From the NCBI GenBank assembly GCA_963820035.1, contig CAWFYK010000002.1, positions 724,524 to 788,523 of the forward strand: a stretch of 64,000 bases of DNA, in the 5' to 3' direction. This stretch comes from an uncultured Actinomycetota bacterium. Lineage in GTDB: Bacteria; Actinomycetota; Actinomycetes; Propionibacteriales; Nocardioidaceae. The notes beneath the pieces were generated by a model. It did not search any database and was not told where the DNA came from. It saw only the letters and a program-made list of their open reading frames with translations. Below, in pieces: positions 18,875 to 30,325 of this stretch (the first letter of the stretch is position 1; every line of letters begins with the position of its first letter). A program made the translations under genes and the position numbers.

Positions 18875-19061
18875 ATCTCTTGCATCGAAGAGTATGATAT
18901 CTAACAGAGCTGCTCGACGCATGCCCGCGTGCCCAAAGGCCGCCCTCGACGCGCTCCACACTCACACGCATCACTCGCACCACTCACAACACCCCGCACC
19001 CCACCCTCGACGCCACACCGGCGCCGCGACGCGGTGCCCTCACGACCCTGAGGAGGACGCC

Positions 19062-20333
19062 ATGACCCGCGCGCGCCTGATCACGGCAGCCGCCTTCGCC
19101 GGAAACCTCGGCTGGGGGGCGATCCTGCCCTACCAGTACGCCTACGTGGTCGACGCCCGCCACTGGGGCCCGACGACCGGCGTCCTCACCGGCACCTTGT
19201 TCTGCATCGGGGCCGTCATCGCCGCGCCGCTGGCGGGCCGGCTCGCCGACCGCTACTCCGCCGGGCGCCTCGCCGTCGGGTTCGAGCTGCTCGCCGCCGT
19301 CGCCTGCCTCGCGATGGGCGCCGCGGGCACGGCCACCCTCTTCCTCGCCGGGATGCTGGTGTTCGGCGCGGCCGTCACGGCCTCGCAACCCGCCACCCAG
19401 GTGCTCGTGCTCGAGTGCGTCGAGCCGCAGAACCGCCGGGCGATCTTCGCCTACCAGTTCACCGCGATGGCTCTGGGGATGGCCGTGGGCTCCTTCACGG
19501 CCGGTTGGCTGATCGACTTCAGCGAGCCGAACGGGATGTGGCCGGCGTTCGCCGCTGCCGCGCTCGGATTCGCCGTCTCGGCGGGGTTCATCAAGGCCGC
19601 CGCACGTACGACGACGTACCCCGCCTGCGACTCCCTGGTCACCACGACCGAGTCGATCGACAACGAGCACGTCGGGCTAGCCGCCTACAAGAAGCTGGCG
19701 CACAACCGGCCCGTGCGGCTGTTCGCCATCGTGTCCATGCTGCTGGCGGCGGGCTTCTATGCCCAGTTCGAGACCGGGCTGCCGGCGTTCGCGCTCAAGT
19801 CGCTCGACGTGGCACCCAGCACTGTCGGCACCGCCGCCGCGGTGAACTGCGTGGTCATCGTCGCGCTGCAGTGGCTCGTCGTGAAGATCACCGGCAAGAA
19901 CCCTGGGGCCGTCCTCCTCGCCGTGGTCGGGTCCATCTGGGTGCTGAGCTGGCTGCTCCTCGAGCTCGCTCTCTTCACCGGACCGGCGAGCGCGAACGTC
20001 ATCTTCGTCGTCGCCTTCGGCATCTTCGCGGTCGGCGAGACGATGTATGCACCCGTGCTGAGCCCGCTCGCCGCGGCAGTTGCCCCGGATGGGATGGTCG
20101 GCACCACGCTCGGCGCCCTCGCGGGTCTGCGGACCGGCATCAGCGCCGCGGGCCCGCTGGTCGCCGGCCTGCTGATCTCGGCGTCGCTCCCGCACGTCTT
20201 CGTGTTGCTGCACGTGGCGATCAACATCGCGGCGGTCACGGTGGCATTGCGCCTCTGGTCCGTCCAGCGCCGCGCCTCGGTCCCGGTTGAGGTGGATAAT
20301 GAACAGACCGACCTGAGGAGCGCCCGTGTCTGA
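19062..20333 (+). CDS. MFS transporter
   Basis: MTRARLITAAAFAGNLGWG..., about 12 TM segments by eye, GAGGAGGA RBS upstream of ATG 19062. Divergent from the MarR gene. Confidence 0.8.
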   Translation: MTRARLITAAAFAGNLGWGAILPYQYAYVVDARHWGPTTGVLTGTLFCIGAVIAAPLAGRLADRYSAGRLAVGFELLAAVACLAMGAAGTATLFLAGMLVFGAAVTASQPATQVLVLECVEPQNRRAIFAYQFTAMALGMAVGSFTAGWLIDFSEPNGMWPAFAAAALGFAVSAGFIKAAARTTTYPACDSLVTTTESIDNEHVGLAAYKKLAHNRPVRLFAIVSMLLAAGFYAQFETGLPAFALKSLDVAPSTVGTAAAVNCVVIVALQWLVVKITGKNPGAVLLAVVGSIWVLSWLLLELALFTGPASANVIFVVAFGIFAVGETMYAPVLSPLAAAVAPDGMVGTTLGALAGLRTGISAAGPLVAGLLISASLPHVFVLLHVAINIAAVTVALRLWSVQRRASVPVEVDNEQTDLRSARV

Positions 20334-21732
20334 CCGGTTCCACCCCGCGACGTATCCCGTTCCCGCGAGCGATGCCCTTGTGGCGTTCATGCGGGAGGGC
20401 TGGTCCGACGGCGACGACCCGGTCGACCGCCTTCCGGTGGCCGACCGGGCCGCTTGGCGTCGGAGCCGGCTGGCGCAGCGGTTTGCCGGCGAGCGGATCG
20501 TCGTACCCGCCGGGCCGCTGAAGCCGCGCGCAAACGACACCGACTACCGCTTCCGCGCCGAGTCGGCACACGTCTACCTCACCGGCAACCAGTCGTCCGA
20601 CGCCGTGCTCGTCCTCGACGACGGAGAGGCGACGCTCTTCTTCCGGCCCCGTCACGCCAAGGATGACGAGGCCTTCTGGCGCGACGGCCGCTACGGCGAG
20701 ACGTGGGCGGGTCGTCGACGGTCGCTCGCGGAGGCCGAGGAGCTCTACGGCGTCCGGTGCCGGCACATCTACGACCTCCCGGAGGCGCTCGAGGCTCTTG
20801 GACAGGCGCTCGTGCTCCGAGGGGTCGACGCCGATGTCGACGCGCTGGTGGCGCCGCACCCGGAGGCGAGAGCCGACGCGGAGCTTGCGACCTACCTTTC
20901 GGAGATGCGCCTGGTCAAAGATGACTGGGAGGTCGGCGAGCTGCAGGACGCCATCGACTGCACCACGCGCGGGTTCGAGGACGCCGTCCGCGCGTGGGCC
21001 GACGTACGACGCTGGGGCGAGCGCTGGATCGAAGGGACCTTCTGGCGGCGGGCTCGGGCGGAAGGCAACGACGTCGGCTACGAGAGCATCTGCGCCGGCG
21101 GGCCACACGCGACGACTCTCCACTGGATCGAGAACGACGGCCCGATATCCCCAGGCTCGCTCGTGCTCCTTGACATGGGAATCGAGAATCGGTCCCTCTA
21201 CACGGCCGACATCACCCGTACGCTCCCGGTCGACGGAGTCTTCACGAGCGAGCAGCGGGACCTCTATGCTCTCGTCTTCGCAGCGCAGGAGGCCGGGATC
21301 GCCGCAGTCCGCCCAGGTGCCGGGTTCCGTGACTTCCACGTGGCCGCCCAAACGGTACTGGCGCACGGGCTCTCCGACATGGGTCTGCTGCCCTGCTCTG
21401 CCGAGGAGTCCCTGGAGAAGGACAGCAAGCTGCACACCCGCTGGACGCTCCACGGCACCGGGCACATGCTCGGTCTTGACGTGCACGACTGCGCGGCCGC
21501 TCGCGAGGAGAACTACCTCGAGGGCAAGCTCGAGGCCGGGATGGTGCTCACCGTGGAGCCGGGCATCTACTTCCAGGCATCGGACCTGCTCGCGCCGGAG
21601 GCGCTGCGGGGGGTAGGGATCCGGATCGAGGACGACGTGCTCGTCACCGATGACGGCTGCCGTAATCTCTCGGCTGGGCTGCCCCGAACCGCCGAGGCCG
21701 TCGAGTCGTGGATGGCAGACCTGCTGCCGTAA
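20326..21732 (+). CDS. Aminopeptidase P family (M24B Xaa-Pro aminopeptidase)
   Basis: HWIENDG, LVLLDMGIE..YTADITRT, HGTGHMLGLDVHD, VEPGIY, GIRIEDDV. GTG start overlaps the MFS stop. Confidence 0.85.
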   Translation: MSDRFHPATYPVPASDALVAFMREGWSDGDDPVDRLPVADRAAWRRSRLAQRFAGERIVVPAGPLKPRANDTDYRFRAESAHVYLTGNQSSDAVLVLDDGEATLFFRPRHAKDDEAFWRDGRYGETWAGRRRSLAEAEELYGVRCRHIYDLPEALEALGQALVLRGVDADVDALVAPHPEARADAELATYLSEMRLVKDDWEVGELQDAIDCTTRGFEDAVRAWADVRRWGERWIEGTFWRRARAEGNDVGYESICAGGPHATTLHWIENDGPISPGSLVLLDMGIENRSLYTADITRTLPVDGVFTSEQRDLYALVFAAQEAGIAAVRPGAGFRDFHVAAQTVLAHGLSDMGLLPCSAEESLEKDSKLHTRWTLHGTGHMLGLDVHDCAAAREENYLEGKLEAGMVLTVEPGIYFQASDLLAPEALRGVGIRIEDDVLVTDDGCRNLSAGLPRTAEAVESWMADLLP

Positions 21733-22196
21733 AGGCGAATACCGTGCAGCTGACCATCCGCCCGGCCCGGCCCGACGAGGCTTCCGCCATTGCGGCCCTC
21801 GTCGAGGAGAGCTACCAGCACTACGTGCCACGCATCGGGCTGCGTCCCGCGCCGATGGACGCCGACTACGACGCCGACGTGATGAGCCAACGCGTGTGGG
21901 TGGCTGAGCACGACGGTGCAGTGAGCGGCGTCATCGTCATCGGCGTCGAGGACGGCCATCTGCTCGTTGACAACGTGGCGGTGTCGCCGCCGTACCAAGG
22001 GCAGGGGATCGGCTCGCGACTGCTCGACCTTGCCGAGGACCAGGCCCGCTCGGCCGGCATCACCGAGATCCGGCTGTTCACCCACGAGAAGATGCACGAG
22101 AACATCGCGTACTACGGCCGGCGCGGTTACGTCGAGACCCACCGGCAGCAGGAGAACGGCTTCAGCCGGGTGTTCTTCAGCAAGTACCTCACCTGA
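21708..22196 (+). CDS. GNAT-family N-acetyltransferase
   Basis: LLVDNVAVSPPYQGQGIGSRLLDLAE (acetyl-CoA motif A). The start could be the GTG at 21744. Confidence 0.8.
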   Translation: MDGRPAAVKANTVQLTIRPARPDEASAIAALVEESYQHYVPRIGLRPAPMDADYDADVMSQRVWVAEHDGAVSGVIVIGVEDGHLLVDNVAVSPPYQGQGIGSRLLDLAEDQARSAGITEIRLFTHEKMHENIAYYGRRGYVETHRQQENGFSRVFFSKYLT

Positions 22197-22227
22197 CTTT
22201 GGCCCGGTTTCCCTGGTCAGCTCGGCA

Positions 22228-22318
22228 ATATCAACGCAGGTGCGTGGATGTGTTCCGCAGCCCAGCGTGAGCCGCCACGTCACACGAGTATCGCGGGAGC
22301 CGCTGCGGTCACGGCGCC
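22228..22318 (+). repeat. Third copy of the P-module (palindrome ATATCAACGCAGGTGCGTGGAT plus two conserved blocks)
   Basis: 22228-22249 matches the reverse complement of 4051-4074 at 22 of 24 positions. GTGAGCCGCCACGTCAC (22267-22283) and GGGAGCCGCTGCGGTCACGGCGCC (22295-22318) match the blocks at 4019-4035, 4142-4159 and 4171-4192. Confidence 0.7.
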
Positions 22319-22381
22319 CTTGTGCCGCCGACGCGAGAGAAGATCCCGGCGGACCCTTGCGCCGTCGTACCCCAGGTCGTC

Positions 22382-22572
22382 AAAACTCTCGGATCGTCGT
22401 ACCGAAACTCTCGGATCGTCGTGCCGAAACTCTCGGATCGTCGTGCCGAAACTCTCGGATCGTCGTACCGAAACTCTCGGATCGTCGTACCGAAACTCTC
22501 GGATCGTCGTGCCAAAACTCTCGGATCGTGGTGCCGAAACTCCCGGATCGTGGTGCCGAAACTCTCGGATCG
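22382..22572 (+). repeat. R22-B single-arm array: 9 tandem 22-bp units (GAAACTCTCGGATCGTCGTACC / ..GTGGTGCC)
   Basis: TCGGATCG anchor at 22389 + 22n (n=0..8; unit 8 carries TCCCGG). The last unit runs straight into the stop codon of the GroES-like gene (22573-22575). Confidence 0.95.
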
Positions 22573-22914
22573 TCAGAGGTAGAGGCCGGTGGCGCCTTCT
22601 TCGACGCGTTCGGAGGCGACGGCGTGCAGGTCGCGCTCGCGGAGCAGGATGTACATGTCGCCGCGCACCTCGACCTCGGCCTTGTCCTCGGGGTCGAAGA
22701 GCACCCGATCGCCCGCCTCCACGGTGCGGACGTTGGCCCCGACACCGGCCACCCGCGCCCAGGCGAGCCGGCGGCCCATCATCGCAGTCGCCGGGATGAC
22801 GATCCCGGCCGAGGACTTGCGCTCACCGGCCTCGGCGTCGAGCTGGACGAGCACCCGGTCGTGGAGCATCCGGATCGGCAGCTTCTCGACCGGAGTTGGT
22901 GTGTTCTTCGTCAC
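22573..22914 (-). CDS. GroES-like co-chaperonin family protein (non-canonical)
   Basis: IRMLHDRVLVQ..., SAGIVIP, GDRVLF, GDMYILLRERDLHAV follow the GroES pattern. It is not adjacent to a groEL. Confidence 0.55.
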   Translation of the reverse strand: MTKNTPTPVEKLPIRMLHDRVLVQLDAEAGERKSSAGIVIPATAMMGRRLAWARVAGVGANVRTVEAGDRVLFDPEDKAEVEVRGDMYILLRERDLHAVASERVEEGATGLYL

Positions 22915-23177
22915 CCGGCGATCCTGCGGATCACGACCACCAGGACGACGAAACCGACGACACCGCCGGCGACCTTGCCGATCGTCGCGGTGTTGGCGGA
23001 GCCGTCCTCGTTGACGAACTTCGACTTGAGGCTGTCGAGCTGGCGGGCGACGATGGTCTGAGGCTTCACGCGATAGACGAGCTGGTCGATCGTCGACGCC
23101 AGCCGCTCCCGAGTGTCGGAGATCTCGGCGGTGATCTGGTCGGGCGTCCTCGAGTCCGGGCTCGCGCTCGCGCTCAC
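22911..23177 (-). CDS. DUF3618-domain membrane-anchored protein
   Basis: TPDQITAEISDTRERLASTIDQLVYRVKP plus a C-terminal TM segment. GTG 23177 is preceded by AGGAGG. Confidence 0.6.
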   Translation of the reverse strand: MSASASPDSRTPDQITAEISDTRERLASTIDQLVYRVKPQTIVARQLDSLKSKFVNEDGSANTATIGKVAGGVVGFVVLVVVIRRIAG

Positions 23178-23276
23178 TGGTTCCTCCTGCGTTCGTATGC
23201 GAGGGGCAAGTCTTACATGTCTCACGGTACGCTGCTGCCGCCCCCGCCTTTCAGTCGATGCAAAGAGGAAGCCGCC

Positions 23277-23741
23277 GTGACCCGACTCCAAACAGGTGAC
23301 CTGGCACCGGACTTCACCCTCTCAGACGACCACGGCAACCAGGTCAGTCTGCAGGACTTCCGCGGCCGCAAGGTTGTGCTCTACGTCTACCCGGCCGCCA
23401 TGACCCCCGGTTGCACCAGCCAGGCCTGCGACTTCCGCGACTCGCTCGACTCGCTCGCTGCTGCCGGTTTCGCCGTGCTCGGCCTCTCCCCCGACTCTCC
23501 CGGCAAGCTCGCGAAGTTCCGCGAGCGTGACAGCCTGACGTTCCCCTTGCTGTCAGACGCTGACAAGCAGGTGCTCGGGGCCTACGACGCCTATGGCGAG
23601 AAGAAGCTCTATGGCAAGACCGTCATGGGGGTGCTCCGCTCGACGTTCGTCATCGCGGAGGATGGCACGATCGAGCAGGCGATGTACAACGTACGCGCGA
23701 AGGGTCACGTCGCCAAGCTGCGCAAGGAGCTCGGCGTCTGA
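23277..23741 (+). CDS. bcp: Thioredoxin-dependent thiol peroxidase (peroxiredoxin Bcp)
   Basis: GDLAPDFTL.D..G, KVVLYVYPAAMTPGCTSQACDFRD, FPLLSDADKQV. Confidence 0.85.
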   Translation: MTRLQTGDLAPDFTLSDDHGNQVSLQDFRGRKVVLYVYPAAMTPGCTSQACDFRDSLDSLAAAGFAVLGLSPDSPGKLAKFRERDSLTFPLLSDADKQVLGAYDAYGEKKLYGKTVMGVLRSTFVIAEDGTIEQAMYNVRAKGHVAKLRKELGV

Positions 23742-23778
23742 ACCCACAACACCTCCCCGCCTAGACTCGGGGAGTCTG

Positions 23779-23861
23779 GCCAGAGTGGTGGAATTGGCAG
23801 ACACGCGGGCTTTAGGTGCCCGTGCCCTTTGGGCGTGAGGGTTCGAGTCCCTTCTCTGGTA
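23779..23861 (+). tRNA. tRNA-Leu (anticodon UAG), class II with a long variable arm; no encoded CCA
   Basis: Acceptor GCCAGAG/CTCTGGT, anticodon stem CGGGC/GCCCG with loop TTTAGGT, variable arm GCCCTTTGGGCG, T-arm GAGGGTTCGAGTCCCTT. Confidence 0.9.
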
Positions 23862-23884
23862 CGACGAGAGCGTGTGCTCCGTGG

Positions 23885-24979
23885 CTATCCGGCTGACAGC
23901 AGGGCACGCGCCTCACGAGCGATCTGCAGGTCCTCCCGCGCAGCCACCACCACGATGCGCACGGCACTCCCGACGGCCGTCACGTCGCAGTCGTCGGAGG
24001 CGCTGTCGTTGCGAGTCGCGTCGACCTTCACGCCGAGGTAGTCAAGCCGGGCGGCCGCGCGCCGGCGTACCCGGGGTGAGTGCTCGCCCACCCCGCCGGT
24101 GAACGCGAGGACGTCGAGGCCGCCGATGGCCGCCGTCATGGCGGCGATGCCGGCGACCAACCGGTGAACATAGACATCGAGGGCGAGCGCGGCCGTCGCG
24201 TCGCCGGCGTCGACCGCAGCCTCGACCTCTCGCATGTCGCCCGTCCCCGCGAGCGCCAGCAGACCGGAACGCTCCTCCAGCGCAGTCGCCACGCTGCGCG
24301 ACGTGAGGCCCTCATGCTCCTCGAGCCATAGCACCAGTCCGGGGTCGACGGACCCCGAGCGAGTTGCCATCACCAGCCCCTCCAGCGGCGTGAATCCCAT
24401 CGTGGTGTCCACGCTGCGACCGCCGGCCACCGCCGCGAGCGAGGCGCCCGCGCCGAGATGACACGTGACCACGCGAAGCTCCTCAAGAGGTCGCCCGACG
24501 ATCTCAGCGACCCGGTGCGCGCAGTATGCGTGGGAGAGCCCGTGGAAGCCGTAGCGGCGGATGCCATAGCGTTCGCGCCACTCGAGCGGAACCGCGTAGG
24601 TCGCCGCAGCTGCCGGGATCGACGTATGAAACGCCGTGTCGAAGCAGGCCACGGCCTCGATATCGGGCAGCACGGCGGTCACCGCGTCGAGCGCGGCGAG
24701 TGACTTCGGCTGGTGCAGCGGAGCCAGGTCAGTCAGCTCTCGAAGCCGAGCCCGCACCTCGTCGTCGACCCTCACAGGTCCCGTGAACGTCGTACCGCCG
24801 TGCACGACCCGATGCCCGACCACGTCGGGCCGTTCCCAGGACGCGAGGATCTTGGTCAACCGTGTCGTGTCGAGCCCTTCGCTGCCCGCGGGAAGGTCGT
24901 TGCTCGCTTCGACGACGTCCTCACGGAGAAGCCGGAGCTTCAGGCTCGACGATCCCGCGTTGACGACGAGAGTCCGCAC
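23885..24979 (-). CDS. ackA: Acetate kinase
   Basis: MRTLVVNAGSSSLKLRLL, GHRVVHGG, FDTAFH, YGFHGLSH, HLGAGAS, FTGGVGEH. Confidence 0.9.
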   Translation of the reverse strand: MRTLVVNAGSSSLKLRLLREDVVEASNDLPAGSEGLDTTRLTKILASWERPDVVGHRVVHGGTTFTGPVRVDDEVRARLRELTDLAPLHQPKSLAALDAVTAVLPDIEAVACFDTAFHTSIPAAAATYAVPLEWRERYGIRRYGFHGLSHAYCAHRVAEIVGRPLEELRVVTCHLGAGASLAAVAGGRSVDTTMGFTPLEGLVMATRSGSVDPGLVLWLEEHEGLTSRSVATALEERSGLLALAGTGDMREVEAAVDAGDATAALALDVYVHRLVAGIAAMTAAIGGLDVLAFTGGVGEHSPRVRRRAAARLDYLGVKVDATRNDSASDDCDVTAVGSAVRIVVVAAREDLQIAREARALLSAG

Positions 24980-24982
24980 CGC

Positions 24983-27400
24983 TCAGTCCCGTCCGGGCCA
25001 GGTCCAGTTCGCGATGACCGGATCGTCCTCGCCGTGCTCGCGGGTGTAGGCCCGGGCGGCTAGCCGTGCGTCCGACATCTGCTGACGGAGGTTCGCTGCC
25101 CGGCTACCGAGTGTTGGCACCCGGTCGATGACGTCCATGACGATGTGGAAGCGGTCGAGGTCGTTCAACATCACCATGTCGAACGGCGTCGTCGTGGTGC
25201 CTTCTTCCTTGTAGCCGCGCACGTGCATGTTGTGGTGGTTCGTACGACGGTAGGTCAGCCGGTGGATCAGCATCGGGTAGCCGTGATAGCCGAAGATGAC
25301 CGGCTTGTCCTTCGTGAACAGCGCGTCGTAGTCCCGATCGGAGAGCCCGTGCGGGTGCTCGGCCTCCGGTTGCAGCCGCATCAGGTCGACGACGTTGATC
25401 ACTCTGACCTTCAGCTCGGGCAGGTGGATGCGCAGCAGGTCGGCGGCCGCCACGATCTCCAGCGTGGGGGTGTCGCCGGCGCATGCGAGGACGACATCGG
25501 GCTCGCCGTCGGTATTGCCCGCCCAGGGCCAGATGCCCAGCCCGCGCGTGCAATGGGCGATCGCCTCGTCCATCGACAGGTAGGTGAGCGCCCGCTGCTT
25601 GCCCGCGACGATGACGTTGACGTAGTGCCGGCTGCGCAGGCAGTGGTCGGCGACCGACAGCAGCGTGTTGGCGTCCGGGGGCAGGTAGACCCGGACGATC
25701 TCGGCCTTCTTGTTGACGACGTGGTCGATGAAGCCTGGGTCCTGGTGGGAGAGTCCGTTGTGGTCCTGCCGCCAGACGTGGGAGGAGAGCAGGTAGTTCA
25801 GCGACGCGATCGGCGCCCGCCAGGGGATCCGATTCGTCGTCTTGAGCCACTTCGCGTGCTGGTTGAACATCGAGTCGACGATGTGGATGAATGCCTCGTA
25901 GCAGTTGAAAAGCCCGTGGCGACCCGTGAGCAGATAGCCCTCCAGCCAGCCCTGGCACAGATGCTCCGACAGCACCTCCATCACCCGGCCGTCCGGTGAG
26001 AGATGGTCGTCCCCTGCGAGGGTCACGGCGTCCCAGGCGCGGTCGGTCTCCTCGAACACCGCCGAGAGCCGGTTGGACGCCGTCTCGTCTGGACCCATGA
26101 TGCGGAAGCGGTCGGGGTTGGCGGCGATCACGTCACGCAACATCCCACCGAGCACGCGGGTCGCTTCGCTGGACTCGACGGCCGGTCTTTCGACGTCGAC
26201 GGCGTAGTCCCTGAAGTCCGGCATGGCAAGGTCGCGCAGCAGCGTTCCCCCGTTCGTGTGCGGGTTCGCGCTCATGCGGCGCTGACCTCGGGGGGCGAGC
26301 GCCCGCAGCTCGGGGACCAGCCGGCCGGCCTTGTCGAACAGCTCCTCCGGCCGGTAGCTGGTCATCCACTCCTCGAGCAGCTTGCGGTGCTCCGCATTGG
26401 TGCGCGTCTCGGCGAGCGGGACCTGGTGGGACCGGAACGTCCCCTCGACCGGGAGACCGTCGACCACCTTGGGGCCGGTCCAGCCCTTCGGCGTCCGGAG
26501 CACGATCATCGGCCACGGCGGCCGGGTGCCCGGAGCCACCGAGCCGCCGGACGCCGCTGCCTCCCGAGCCTCCTGCTGGAAGCCGGCGATGTCGTTGAGC
26601 ACGCCGTCGAGGGTCGACGCGAGCTGCTGGTGCACCGCCATCGGGTCGTCTCCGACGACGAAGTGAGGCGTGTATCCGTAGCCGCGCATCAGGGCCGCCA
26701 GCTCGTCGTCCGGGATGCGGGCGAGCACCGTCGGGTTGGCGATCTTGTAACCGTTGAGATGCAGCACCGGAAGGACTGCGCCGTCCGACACCGGGTTGAG
26801 GAACTTGTTGGAATGCCAGCTCGCCGCCAGCGGGCCGGTCTCCGCCTCGCCGTCCCCGACGACGCAGCACACCAGGAGGTCGGGGTTGTCGAACGCCGCG
26901 CCGTAGGCATGCACGAGGGCGTAGCCCAGCTCGCCGCCCTCGTGGATGGAACCCGGCGTCTCGGGTGCCACGTGGCTCGGGATGCCACCAGGGAACGAGA
27001 ACTGCCGGAACAGCCGCCGTAGGCCGTCCTCGTCCTCCGCGATGGAGGAGTAGATCTCCGAGTAGGTGCCTTCGAGGTAGGCGTTGGCCACCAGACCGGG
27101 ACCGCCGTGGCCGGGTCCGGTCACGAACATCGCGTTGAGGTCCCGTTGCCGGATCGCCCGGTTCAGGTGAACGTAGAGGAGGTTGAGACCCGGCGTGGTG
27201 CCCCAGTGACCGAGCAGTCGCGGCTTCACATGCTCGGGCAGGAGCGGCTGGCGCAGCAAGGGGTTGTCCATCAGATAGATCTGCCCCACGGAGAGGTAGT
27301 TCGCCGCGCGCCAGTAGGCGTCGATGAGCTCCAGCTCATAACGGCTGTACGGGCGGCCGGTCGGCTCAGGAACCTCGTGGGATGTGGTCACAGGCCACAT
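24983..27400 (-). CDS. xfp: Xylulose-5-phosphate/fructose-6-phosphate phosphoketolase
   Basis: [59 protein letters not shown]. Start set at Met41 (27400) so that it does not overlap the upstream kinase gene. Confidence 0.9.
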   Translation of the reverse strand: MWPVTTSHEVPEPTGRPYSRYELELIDAYWRAANYLSVGQIYLMDNPLLRQPLLPEHVKPRLLGHWGTTPGLNLLYVHLNRAIRQRDLNAMFVTGPGHGGPGLVANAYLEGTYSEIYSSIAEDEDGLRRLFRQFSFPGGIPSHVAPETPGSIHEGGELGYALVHAYGAAFDNPDLLVCCVVGDGEAETGPLAASWHSNKFLNPVSDGAVLPVLHLNGYKIANPTVLARIPDDELAALMRGYGYTPHFVVGDDPMAVHQQLASTLDGVLNDIAGFQQEAREAAASGGSVAPGTRPPWPMIVLRTPKGWTGPKVVDGLPVEGTFRSHQVPLAETRTNAEHRKLLEEWMTSYRPEELFDKAGRLVPELRALAPRGQRRMSANPHTNGGTLLRDLAMPDFRDYAVDVERPAVESSEATRVLGGMLRDVIAANPDRFRIMGPDETASNRLSAVFEETDRAWDAVTLAGDDHLSPDGRVMEVLSEHLCQGWLEGYLLTGRHGLFNCYEAFIHIVDSMFNQHAKWLKTTNRIPWRAPIASLNYLLSSHVWRQDHNGLSHQDPGFIDHVVNKKAEIVRVYLPPDANTLLSVADHCLRSRHYVNVIVAGKQRALTYLSMDEAIAHCTRGLGIWPWAGNTDGEPDVVLACAGDTPTLEIVAAADLLRIHLPELKVRVINVVDLMRLQPEAEHPHGLSDRDYDALFTKDKPVIFGYHGYPMLIHRLTYRRTNHHNMHVRGYKEEGTTTTPFDMVMLNDLDRFHIVMDVIDRVPTLGSRAANLRQQMSDARLAARAYTREHGEDDPVIANWTWPGRD

Positions 27401-27441
27401 TGTGCAGAGCGCCGCCGACGACTCGGTCGGGGCCCCCCGTC

Positions 27442-29235
<1,794 letters not shown>

Positions 29236-29397
29236 CTACCGCAGCCCGGGATGACGGCTGACGATGGGCTGGTGCTGCCACCAGCGTTCGGCCTGGTGGT
29301 AGCGGCCGGCCGCGTAGAGGCCGAGGAGGAACGCGACGAACGCTGCCACGGAACCCCCCGCAAGATAGAGCTTGCTCCGATCGTTGCCTGTGGTCAT
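29236..29397 (-). CDS. Small single-TM protein resembling the C-terminal tail of the adjacent DoxX protein
   Basis: MTTGNDRSKLYLAGGSVAAFVAFLLGLYAAGRYHQAERWWQHQ... compared with the DoxX C-terminus ...VCILLGLYSAGRYIGLGRWWERL. AGGAGAG RBS upstream. Confidence 0.45.
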   Translation of the reverse strand: MTTGNDRSKLYLAGGSVAAFVAFLLGLYAAGRYHQAERWWQHQPIVSRHPGLR

Positions 29398-29548
29398 GGG
29401 TTCTCTCCTGGCGGATGGTGACGGGGCTGCTGGGGCCAAGCCTATGATGCCGTGCCCCACGGGAACAGGTACTCGGTTTCGTCAACCACGGCCAGACGAC
29501 GAGGGTATGGCGCACCAGTCCCGCCGACACACCGGACCTTTTCCGCGG

Positions 29549-30142
29549 CTACTTCAGGATGGGGGACCGCTGCGTGAAGGACAGGCGCTCCCACCAGCGA
29601 CCCAGCCCGATGTAGCGGCCGGCGCTGTAGAGGCCTAGCAGGATGCAGACCAGCATGCCGATCGTGTGCTCGTCGAACAGCGGGTTGTTGGCCGGCGTCA
29701 GGACGACACTCCACATCATCAGGAAGAGCAGCGCACCCGCGGCACTCCCGATGCGCATGAAGATGCCGAAGGTCAGCGCAGTGCCGATACAGAACAGAGC
29801 GCCCATGAACATCACGTCGGCGAACCAGGTGCCGGCGAGCGTGTGGTAGACGCCCTCGAAGGGGCCCTTGGCGGCATAGGCGAGGAAGCCGTTCGTGGGG
29901 CTGCCACCATGGATCCACGCATCGGTGCCGAACCTGGTGGTGACACCGGTGTCGGCGTTCACTCCGGTCGACCAGCCGAGGCCGAGAAGCTTGTCGAAGA
30001 AGGCCCACAGGAACGAGAAGCCTACGACGATTCGCAGTGCGCCGAACACGTAGTGGCCGATGGCGTTCACGGGCTGTTCGGTCGTGGTGACGTCGACGTG
30101 ACCGGCCACCAGCGGTTGCTCGGGATTATGGGTCGTGGTCAT
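29549..30142 (-). CDS. DoxX-family membrane protein
   Basis: ALRIVVGFSFLWAFFDKLLGLG... with four TM segments. AGGAG lies 5 nt upstream of ATG 30142. Confidence 0.7.
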   Translation of the reverse strand: MTTTHNPEQPLVAGHVDVTTTEQPVNAIGHYVFGALRIVVGFSFLWAFFDKLLGLGWSTGVNADTGVTTRFGTDAWIHGGSPTNGFLAYAAKGPFEGVYHTLAGTWFADVMFMGALFCIGTALTFGIFMRIGSAAGALLFLMMWSVVLTPANNPLFDEHTIGMLVCILLGLYSAGRYIGLGRWWERLSFTQRSPILK

Positions 30143-30241
30143 GGCATCTCCTGATGGGCATGTTAGGGAAGGCTGTCTTACCTGGACCCAACCTGGCCTG
30201 CCGAGTCGACTTCGCGCATCAGGACGAGGACCCCACTTCAG

Positions 30242-30255
30242 GGGGCTTAGGTCCC
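30242..30255. promoter_or_regulatory. Candidate DosR-type box (GGGGCTTAGGTCCC)
   Basis: Matches the mycobacterial DosR core GGGACTWWAGTCCC at 12 of 14 positions. Lies in the divergent DoxX/USP intergenic region. Confidence 0.3.
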
Positions 30256-30325
30256 AGGCCCGCTGGACCTCTGGCACTGACCGACCACGTGCACCACGCC
30301 CACGATGGACCCAGGAGGTCACACC

